Shown here piece after piece: positions 57,210 to 64,000 of a stretch of DNA of 64,000 bases (position 1 is its first letter; each line of letters begins with the position of its first letter). Origin of the DNA: an uncultured virus (IMG/VR IMGVR_UViG_3300032093_000081) (taxonomy: Duplodnaviria; Heunggongvirae; Uroviricota; Caudoviricetes); the IMG/VR virus record IMGVR_UViG_3300032093_000081; one strand, written 5' to 3'. Both the position numbers and the translations under genes were made by a program. The notes below the pieces were generated by a model, which did no database searches, had not been told where the DNA came from, and was given only the letters and a program-made list of their open reading frames with translations.

Positions 57210-57831
57210 CTCTGTTGTTTACAGTAGGTTCAGTAGGAATCTTATGATAGTTAATCAAAGACTGATTGATTAATTCAAACAAAGTATCTTCTAAATATCC
57301 GGGAAATTTGAACGGATACTCATAAAAAGAAGCACAAGGGTCTGGATTTAACGGCTCAGGGAAATAGGCATAAATGTTTACTTCCTCAATATCTGGGTTA
57401 AATACAAACAAATGTCTGTTTTTAATTATGTAGTACAGTTTGTGCTTATCTGTTACTCTAAGTTTTTTAGCGTTTAGGTATTCTCGTACTGAAGTAGGAA
57501 ATACTTCTTCGTTATTAGCTACTGCAAAAATTCCCTGAATCATGTATCCATAAATAGATTCTTCGACTTGAGGCAGCTCTATGACAGAAGTTCGTACTTT
57601 TTCAGAAAGACCAAACTCAGTGTAGGTGGTTTCTTTTAACTGAAGCCTTTCATAAAACTGGTAAATAGTATCAGAAATTAAAAGTTTTCGTTGCCCCATT
57701 TCTCTCTTGATTAAAAGAGAGGCTTTAGATTTTAAGACACTATAAAGAAACCTATCTGAAAAGAAATCATCTTCAGAGGCAAACTTATTAAAAGTCTTTA
57801 TCCTAGATAAATACTCAGCAACTGTCTTCAT
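57196..57831 (-). CDS. Tail ring protein (putative)
   Basis: SDRFLYS...YYIIKNRHLFV...AYFPEP...C...FPGYL...NNRD pattern; synteny. Confidence 0.65.
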   Translation of the reverse strand: MKTVAEYLSRIKTFNKFASEDDFFSDRFLYSVLKSKASLLIKREMGQRKLLISDTIYQFYERLQLKETTYTEFGLSEKVRTSVIELPQVEESIYGYMIQGIFAVANNEEVFPTSVREYLNAKKLRVTDKHKLYYIIKNRHLFVFNPDIEEVNIYAYFPEPLNPDPCASFYEYPFKFPGYLEDTLFELINQSLINYHKIPTEPTVNNRDDQP

Positions 57832-57844
57832 GATGTATTATTTA

Positions 57845-57852
57845 CAAATATA
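57845..57852 (-). promoter_or_regulatory. Bacteroidetes-type -7 promoter element
   Basis: TATATTTG 13 nt before ATG 57831, just downstream of a terminator. Confidence 0.6.
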
Positions 57853-57882
57853 GTTCAATTTGAAACCAAATGGGTTTAAACC

Positions 57883-57910
57883 AAAAGAGCACGGTTTCCC
57901 GTGCCCCTTT
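57883..57910 (-). terminator. Rho-independent terminator
   Basis: Minus strand AAAGGGGCACGG-GAAA-CCGTGCTCTTTT: GNRA loop plus U tract. Confidence 0.85.
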
Positions 57911-57944
57911 GAATCTAACAGAGACCAACCCTTACTCTGCAAGG

Positions 57945-60143
57945 TCATATTAAGTGATAAGAAATACCTCCTATCATTACTTCTAGTTCTTGGTTTGCAG
58001 GAATAGTTGTAGATACGCCAGTAGGCTCAATAATCCTCAACTTAACATCGCCTGCAGGCGTAACAGTAATCACTCCCGCGTATACGTGCGTAGGAACAGA
58101 TAAGTTATCTTTTCTAATTACTTGGCATCCAAAATATTGAATTTTCTGAGGTCGTACTGCAGTAGGAATAGCAGTGGAAAGAGTAATGTCTGCGTTACTT
58201 ACTGAAATATATCCTCCAACTGTAGCCACTAAAAAAGAAGTTCCTTCAAACACGCATAAGCTTCCTTGTTTTACTACTCGTACATAAGTAGCCCCCGGAA
58301 TAACATATTCAGCAGAAGGAAGATTATTTAAGTTAATTCCGCTTAAATTATTTGGAACAAGTTGGTAAGCTACTGGTACTGCAGAAAGATTGCTCAGACT
58401 ATAAGTAACTACTCCCGGGGCAACTGTCTTGGTTACGCCAATAGTTCCATCAGGACTATCTACTACTAACCCAACATCTAATTCTTGGTCAATCCACTCT
58501 GTGCCATTCCACATTAAAACCGAGTGGTCAGTAGGGGTAGTAATGTTTACATCTCCTAAGTTATTCAGACTGCAACTTGAAAGCATTGAACAACTAAAGA
58601 TAACCGCAGGGTCTAATGAAACAGAAGCGCCACAAGAACTTGAAGTAACTACAAAGTGACTTGCGTTAAACGAAAAGTTTACTTGTTTAAGAGCAGATAC
58701 TATCCAACCTAGTTGAGTTTCTAAAGTAACTGCAGAAGTAGAAGCACCTACTCCTGAAAAACAAGCAGCCCATTGAGAAACCGCAAAGCTATTTGCTCTA
58801 AGATTTGCGCCCATCGCTGTAAAGTAGCCGTTAAACGTAATAAGTACGTTTTTCAGCACTCCAACAGTAACCCGCATATCTTGATTGATTGCTCCTCCAT
58901 GAGCCCCGCTTGAAAAAGGAACAGCAGAGTTATCAAACTTGGTATAGTTTGTTCCAATCAACAGGTCAATATCATCTAGTCTTCCTTCGTGAGCGGCTAC
59001 ATCCGCAGCCAATACTGACTTAATAGAACAGATATTAGTAAGAAGCCAGTTAATCCATTGAGTAGCAGTAGCTGTTCCGGAACCGGGCTGTGCACTAAAA
59101 TCAGAAGCACACGCACTAGGAGTAGTGATTCCGGTAATAACTGCACTTTGATTATAAGAACTGCACAGTTTACTAGCCATCTCAGTCAAAATCTGGCTCA
59201 AAGTAGAAGTACCCGAAGTCAGACTTAAACAGGCCGGAACTACCATTGTAGGTACTTCAGTAGCAACAAGCCTAGTATTTACAGAACATACAGCAGCAGA
59301 AGCAGCTTCTACAAACTGTTGTTCATTTTGAATAGATGTACCAGAACCTAACCCTCCACCTACACGTAAACAACTAAAGTTAAAAGCAGAGTAATCCGAG
59401 AAACTTCCAAAGAGAGAACATAGACGAGTATTAATGTTTTTTATTACTGTATCTAAATTATCCAAAGTATTAATTTGCTCTTTGATTGAGAGAACAGTAA
59501 TAGTTAAGTCGTTAGTTCCATCTACAGCTCCTCCCCCAATAGCACTTCCTTTGATAAGAATAGTTTCCCCAATCAAGTAGTTATTGGACGCATCTACAAT
59601 TTCTACAGTGTATTGATTAGACCCCGCAGTACGAGTAATCTTAAAAGTAGCTTTTTTAGATACACTATTAACTGTAATTGTCAGGTTATCTCCAGAACTA
59701 CCTCCGGGGAAAAGAGTGCCGGGCAGACTAAGGACATCTCCTACGTTATACTCAGAGCCTGCAAGAGCAAGGGCTACCCCAGTAGAGTTATTGATTGACC
59801 CTCCGGAGATAACTACAGTAAACGCCGCACCACTTCCATTGGTAGAAGTAGGAAAATAAGGGCCAAAGTTTCCGTCGGGGGTAAGCCCACTTGCCGTACC
59901 AGTTACAGTATAACTTAAAACTCCTCCTCTGTTTTCTTGCCCGCTTAAAGGATTAGTGGATACAGTTGATGTAGGCACAGGAGCAACTCCAGATACACTA
60001 ACAGTTCCTATCGGGCCTCTTCCACAATAAAGAGGGTCTCCAGAGTATTTTATGCACTTGGTATAGTTGGTTTCAATACATCCAATCTTATCACAAGGAT
60101 TTGGAGTTTGAACTTGGTAACAATCTTGACAAGTAGAGCTCAT
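57945..60143 (-). CDS. Cys-rich fibre protein with beta-sandwich repeats (~732 aa)
   Basis: Likely ATG at 60143 (ATGA overlap). CIKYSG motif, GSxYxxGDxLxxxG repeats, LNNLGDVNITTP...LMWNGTEW fibre motif and a C-terminal IPTAVRP tip. Confidence 0.75.
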   Translation of the reverse strand: MSSTCQDCYQVQTPNPCDKIGCIETNYTKCIKYSGDPLYCGRGPIGTVSVSGVAPVPTSTVSTNPLSGQENRGGVLSYTVTGTASGLTPDGNFGPYFPTSTNGSGAAFTVVISGGSINNSTGVALALAGSEYNVGDVLSLPGTLFPGGSSGDNLTITVNSVSKKATFKITRTAGSNQYTVEIVDASNNYLIGETILIKGSAIGGGAVDGTNDLTITVLSIKEQINTLDNLDTVIKNINTRLCSLFGSFSDYSAFNFSCLRVGGGLGSGTSIQNEQQFVEAASAAVCSVNTRLVATEVPTMVVPACLSLTSGTSTLSQILTEMASKLCSSYNQSAVITGITTPSACASDFSAQPGSGTATATQWINWLLTNICSIKSVLAADVAAHEGRLDDIDLLIGTNYTKFDNSAVPFSSGAHGGAINQDMRVTVGVLKNVLITFNGYFTAMGANLRANSFAVSQWAACFSGVGASTSAVTLETQLGWIVSALKQVNFSFNASHFVVTSSSCGASVSLDPAVIFSCSMLSSCSLNNLGDVNITTPTDHSVLMWNGTEWIDQELDVGLVVDSPDGTIGVTKTVAPGVVTYSLSNLSAVPVAYQLVPNNLSGINLNNLPSAEYVIPGATYVRVVKQGSLCVFEGTSFLVATVGGYISVSNADITLSTAIPTAVRPQKIQYFGCQVIRKDNLSVPTHVYAGVITVTPAGDVKLRIIEPTGVSTTIPANQELEVMIGGISYHLI

Positions 60144-60661
60144 GGCGGACAAATCTTTTTAATTATTGCTTGTAGCAAGTCTTTCAATGTTTTTGGTCCT
60201 TCTGGAGAAAAACATGAATCTTCTGCTAGACACTTCACATCTAACTTACCATTCAAAGGAAGGTCAAGCCAAAAGACGTTAGTCTTAGTAGTGTTAGACT
60301 CATTCATTAAATAATTGAGCCTCTTTGATACTTCACAAAGAGCCCCAATTAACTGAATTACTACTTCTCCTTCTACGTATCGTTTATCATTATAATGATA
60401 CGTAGAAACATTAGCCAAATTAAGAAGATTTAATCCGCATACGTCATTAGCTGCCTTTAGGTCAGCTACGCTTATGCCTCCTTTAGCTAAGAGATCTGTA
60501 ATGTGATTACTGTACAAAAGAGTAACCTCTTGCATATTAGGGTTACATCCTTCGTATTCTTTATGAAGCACACTATCGGCAGGCTGAGTGCCTGTGTACT
60601 TAATGCATTTGGCCGGAGTTATTTCAGGGCAGCTATAGTCTTCGCAACAACGTGTAGTCAT
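60140..60661 (-). CDS. Cys-rich fibre-associated protein (173 aa)
   Basis: CPEITPAKCIKYTG resembles the start of the next gene; ends TLKDLLQAIIKKIC. Confidence 0.7.
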   Translation of the reverse strand: MTTRCCEDYSCPEITPAKCIKYTGTQPADSVLHKEYEGCNPNMQEVTLLYSNHITDLLAKGGISVADLKAANDVCGLNLLNLANVSTYHYNDKRYVEGEVVIQLIGALCEVSKRLNYLMNESNTTKTNVFWLDLPLNGKLDVKCLAEDSCFSPEGPKTLKDLLQAIIKKICPP

Positions 60662-60855
60662 ATTTTTCGAATGAAAGTAATAAGGTTAGATGCCTCTTCA
60701 CAGGTAGGACAATGCTCCCTGCCAAAAAAATAATTAAGAACTATAGAACGATTCTGATTAGTTCCTAAACGAAACTTTTGATGCAAAAGCTCTTTCTTGC
60801 TTTGCTCTGCTAATTTCTTAGCAACAAGAGTCTTCAATTCTTTTGAGCAACTCAT
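60658..60855 (-). CDS. Small structural protein (65 aa)
   Basis: ATGA overlap with the next gene; CPTC motif. Confidence 0.55.
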   Translation of the reverse strand: MSCSKELKTLVAKKLAEQSKKELLHQKFRLGTNQNRSIVLNYFFGREHCPTCEEASNLITFIRKI

Positions 60856-61336
60856 TTGCTTTATTGTAAAGTTCTTTTGCGAGTTCAGGATTACACAAAT
60901 ATGCGTGTGCTTGAGCCCCTTTAAGGTAAAATTCCACCTTTTCTAATTCTGTAAACGGCTGTCCTTCAAGTCGGCAGTAACTATGAACATATTTAGCCCA
61001 CTGTTCCATTAACCTACAATCAATCCTTGAAGTCCTCAAATAATACTGAGGATGAGACCCTGTGTCTGGACAAGTAATCAAATCAAGCTTATAAAGCCCG
61101 TCAGGAAGAGGGGCAAAGTCCTGAGTTGCATTTGTAGTGTACCCAAAAGAGTACGAGTTAAAAATGTTTACGTTACCTAGTCCAAAAGAGAACTCGTAAG
61201 CCGTATCATATCCCGGAACATAAATGTGAATAGTTGCTGTGTCGGGAGGCTCAGGATAATAAGAAGTATCTAAAATAGAAAGATAAGCAGGGTCTTCTGC
61301 TTTTAGTACTTCGAGGTTTCTTTGTAATCTAGGCAT
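60818..61336 (-). CDS. Conserved crAss-like structural protein (tail-hub-like)
   Basis: LSILDTSYY...VPGY...LPDGLY...LRT...A..LY..A pattern; synteny after the auxiliary capsid gene. Confidence 0.6.
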   Translation of the reverse strand: MPRLQRNLEVLKAEDPAYLSILDTSYYPEPPDTATIHIYVPGYDTAYEFSFGLGNVNIFNSYSFGYTTNATQDFAPLPDGLYKLDLITCPDTGSHPQYYLRTSRIDCRLMEQWAKYVHSYCRLEGQPFTELEKVEFYLKGAQAHAYLCNPELAKELYNKANELLKRIEDSCC

Positions 61337-61343
61337 AGTAATT

Positions 61344-61376
61344 AAAAGGAGAGGGTGTTACCCCTCTCCTCTTTTT
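61344..61376 (-). terminator. Rho-independent terminator
   Basis: AGGAGAGGG-n6-CCCTCTCCT hairpin with A and T tracts on the two sides. Confidence 0.75.
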
Positions 61377-61864
61377 TAGATGACAACAAATCCAATTTTC
61401 AAGATTCCGTTAAGAGCGCCAGTTCCTCCGTTGCTGATTGCAATCTTAAAAGAACCTGCTACAATCTCTTCTACTAAAATTGATGGATTACCAGTAGTGC
61501 CCGAGTAATCTACAATACTTGCAAGTACAATGCTCCCAAGTGCTACTGCAGAATTATTTACAGTAAACACAGTTAAGGTATGAGCTGCTGCAGTAGTAGA
61601 TACAGTAGTAATGACTCCGCTTGCTGCATTTAAGTCTACAGGCGTAGTAATGCTAGTCTGTTGAGTAGCTGCTCCTTTACTAGAAAGAGTCAAAGTGCTA
61701 ACAGTAGCACTCGTTCCTACAAAGTTTTTGGCGCAACATACTGCAGACGCAGCCAAGTATTCAGATAAATACTTCTGTAACGACTGACCATTACCTTTTA
61801 AGAAATCAGTCTTAGAAGGAATGACTGCCGAATAAGTTCCGGGTTTTAAGAAAATGTCTTTCAT
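61376..61864 (-). CDS. Head fibre/decoration-like protein (162 aa)
   Basis: TQQTSITTPVDLNAASGVITT...FTVNNSAV...GSFKI beta-rich domain. Confidence 0.6.
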   Translation of the reverse strand: MKDIFLKPGTYSAVIPSKTDFLKGNGQSLQKYLSEYLAASAVCCAKNFVGTSATVSTLTLSSKGAATQQTSITTPVDLNAASGVITTVSTTAAAHTLTVFTVNNSAVALGSIVLASIVDYSGTTGNPSILVEEIVAGSFKIAISNGGTGALNGILKIGFVVI

Positions 61865-61877
61865 AAGTTTTTACTTA

Positions 61878-61913
61878 AATAGGTTGGGAGAGATAATTCC
61901 CTCCCAACCTATT
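61878..61913 (-). terminator. Hairpin after capsid-associated gene (weak terminator or stabiliser)
   Basis: 13-bp inverted repeat AATAGGTTGGGAG-n10-CTCCCAACCTATT with a short U tract. Confidence 0.6.
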
Positions 61914-61918
61914 AAGGA

Positions 61919-63505
61919 TTAAAGAGTGAGTCCGGAGAAAGCTTGAACTGCGGTTTCAAAAGCAGAGATAGCACCAGAGTTAGTGCTGTCAATAAGCACA
62001 ACCAGCGAATGCTCGTTCTCTGTTTTCTTTTCATAACCGATACTAGAAGCCTCAATGTAGTTAAGTTCATACATGTTGTAAGTTTTAGTCTTATCAACAT
62101 AGAACTTAACGTCCTCATTGTAAATAGGATTCCAGTAATATCGAGCCTCCATTACGTTAGGAAGGTTGTAAGTGAAGTGGTTACGCTCAAACTCTGCAAG
62201 AGCTTTACCATCTCCAATTGCATACTGAATCTCTTGAGTGGTAGTGATACTCCAAGGAGAAAGAGCATCTTCCAAATCAAAGTCCTGAGAAGTGAAAGGA
62301 GCAGGGTGAACAGCTACTTTAAACCTCACTGCGTTGAACACGTAAGGTACAGCATCCGGCACACAAGCATTTCCAAACTCATCCAAAGTGTTACCTACCA
62401 ACTTGACACCGCAAGTGGTTACACTTCCTGCAGTTACTTGTACTTTTTCCCAAGCAAGACCTTTGTACACAGGCATCTGTTTGATGTCCACTAAAGGTGA
62501 AACGATTTCAAACATGATGTTACCAGTGCTGTTAGTGTCAGGGTCGCCATCAGTATCAGCAGTGATAGTGATTGCTCCATAAGTAGCAGAAGGGTAGTAC
62601 GCTTTCAAATCATCCAACAAAAGACCTTCTGCACCGGTAGTAGACACTACGGTTACTACAATGTCGTCTAAAGGGCTAGTACCTCCAGTCATTGCAGTAC
62701 CGGCAATAGTCAGGGTATCCCCGATAGTGTAACCAGAACCTGCAGCATTCAGAGCAACTGAAGTTACAGTTCCACCTCCACCTACTACTACGTTAAAAGT
62801 AGCACTAGAACCAGTACCGCCTGTTACAGCTACACCAGTGTAAGTACCAGCAGTAACACCTGCAGCAGAAGTAGTGTGAGTAATGGTTTTAACTCCACCT
62901 ACACTAGTACCGGGGTCTTGAATAGTCAAGATGTACTTGTAAGTAGGAGCACTTCCTTTAAACACATGAGAAGCAGTAACATACTTAGAAAGCAACGGGT
63001 TAGCGTTAACTTTAGTTACGATTTCCTGCATGAAAGAATAGCAGTTCAGAGAATCACAACCCCCGCCGCATTCGCTGCAGAGAGTAGTGTTTACCCGAAC
63101 ACTTTCCTGAATCATCGGCTGATACACACCTTTAGTCCAGTATTCTTGGATTTTCAAGGTAACTACGTACTCTTCGCCACAAGAGAAAGTAGGTACTTTT
63201 CCATCATTTACTTCGTCAAAGCCCAAGTAGGTGATTTGCTGCTTTACGGTAGAATCAGCTACAGTCTTGCGAAGTGCAGTGATGTTGGACTTCTTGATTA
63301 CACCAGACTTGAACGTACCGAATTTAGACTGTCCGCTTTGCAGAACAATCATGCCTTCAGTCGCAACGTAAGGTGAACCGAGAGTACCAAGGTTAGTGGT
63401 CAGGGCACTGTTGTAAAAACCCAGTGCTTGGGTAGCCAATGCGCTATGAGCGCTAGAGGCATTTACGGAGGTAGGTACAAAGACCTGTGTTACTTTGTAG
63501 TTCAT
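61919..63505 (-). CDS. Auxiliary capsid protein-like (crAss gene 74/gp36-like) with inserted beta domain (528 aa)
   Basis: Follows the ring gene; high-expression codon bias (C-ending codons); VKQQITYLG...CGEEY...; internal Gly/Thr-rich insert. Confidence 0.6.
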   Translation of the reverse strand: MNYKVTQVFVPTSVNASSAHSALATQALGFYNSALTTNLGTLGSPYVATEGMIVLQSGQSKFGTFKSGVIKKSNITALRKTVADSTVKQQITYLGFDEVNDGKVPTFSCGEEYVVTLKIQEYWTKGVYQPMIQESVRVNTTLCSECGGGCDSLNCYSFMQEIVTKVNANPLLSKYVTASHVFKGSAPTYKYILTIQDPGTSVGGVKTITHTTSAAGVTAGTYTGVAVTGGTGSSATFNVVVGGGGTVTSVALNAAGSGYTIGDTLTIAGTAMTGGTSPLDDIVVTVVSTTGAEGLLLDDLKAYYPSATYGAITITADTDGDPDTNSTGNIMFEIVSPLVDIKQMPVYKGLAWEKVQVTAGSVTTCGVKLVGNTLDEFGNACVPDAVPYVFNAVRFKVAVHPAPFTSQDFDLEDALSPWSITTTQEIQYAIGDGKALAEFERNHFTYNLPNVMEARYYWNPIYNEDVKFYVDKTKTYNMYELNYIEASSIGYEKKTENEHSLVVLIDSTNSGAISAFETAVQAFSGLTL

Positions 63506-63511
63506 GGTTTA

Positions 63512-64000
63512 TTATTCTTGGTTTGTTTGAATCCTGTTCTCTGCAGCTTGAGATTGAAGTTGATTTTCGGTTGAATGAGAAGCGAATTTGACAGCTAAAT
63601 CAACTAAGTCTGATTTAGCATAATAAGGAAGTTCACAATCTTGTCTTACTGATGCCTGTCCGTTTACTTTAACGTAGCCTTCTATGTCTATGGCTTTAGG
63701 ATATCGTAAGTAAGTAAGATAAAGAACTTCCGGCACAAATTTGCCGTCTGTGTAAACTGTAAGTTTGTCGTTACCTAGCGTAGCTAAAGTTTTTCTCCAT
63801 TCAAAAGATGGCGCAAAGTTCGTATCAAAATACAGCGTACTCAAGTCATTCTGTCGAACTAAATCGACTACCAACTCTGCGGCACAGTCACCCTTTTTAG
63901 CTCGTATGTACGATGAAATGTATTTCATGTACTTTAACGAGCTGTCCAAAGCAGCGCTATACCCTTTATACAAAGAATCAGTGATTCCAACTAGTGTGAT
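63512..64000 (-). CDS. Ring protein (crAss gene 75-like), 5'-partial
   Basis: Frame is open to the window edge; PSFEW...LTYLRYP...CELP...DLVDLAV motif. Confidence 0.75.
   Translation of the reverse strand: MTLVGITDSLYKGYSAALDSSLKYMKYISSYIRAKKGDCAAELVVDLVRQNDLSTLYFDTNFAPSFEWRKTLATLGNDKLTVYTDGKFVPEVLYLTYLRYPKAIDIEGYVKVNGQASVRQDCELPYYAKSDLVDLAVKFASHSTENQLQSQAAENRIQTNQE

Noticed and set aside
61943..63376. Plus-strand ORFs of 183 and 166 aa opposite the capsid-associated gene
   Set aside because: Typical antisense open frames produced by strong codon bias; no motifs or start signals.
61919..63505. Major capsid protein call for the 528-aa gene
   Set aside because: It lies downstream of the gene-75-like ring gene, where crAss-like phages have the auxiliary capsid gene. 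The MCP is expected upstream, outside the window.
1..64000. Stop-codon reassignment (seen in some crAss-like phages)
   Set aside because: Genes up to 8.6 kb are open in the standard code with dense packing, and TAG and TGA end genes at sensible places (e.g. 20973, 49753).
1..64000. tRNA or other structured RNA genes
   Set aside because: Intergenic gaps are short and mostly explained by terminators and promoters; no cloverleaf was recognised by eye. A covariance-model scan would be needed to exclude them.

Overview
This 64 kb window comes from a large AT-rich lytic phage of the crAss-like type (order Crassvirales or a close relative), most likely infecting a Bacteroidetes host. Evidence is the gene order and repeated TAnnTTTG promoter elements. 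The minus-strand block (64000 to 12278) is the virion module: ring protein, auxiliary-capsid-like protein, Cys-rich fibre and hub proteins, IHF-like protein, ring proteins, a 2034-aa tail stabilisation ('muzzle') protein, a ferritin-like protein, [YF]xxGG-motif cargo proteins, then four giant putative ejected proteins. These are a 2805-aa protein with SF1 helicase and PD-(D/E)xK nuclease domains, a 2872-aa virion RNA polymerase (DYDID) with a SLOG domain, a ~1052-aa zincin/GNAT protein and a 2207-aa zincin protein. The mostly plus-strand block (1 to 12281) holds a partial PD-(D/E)xK nuclease, a Ser-rich fibre, a GC-rich ~4.2 kb island (fibre tip, receptor-binding-type genes, holin), an M15 endolysin and a glycosyltransferase/methyltransferase pair. 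The most striking observation is that the four giant proteins (~8,900 aa) contain only 7 cysteines by my read. Six sit at the termini that face each other in gene order and none at the two outer ends, suggesting a head-to-tail disulfide chain. All family calls come from motifs recognised by eye; no database search was run.
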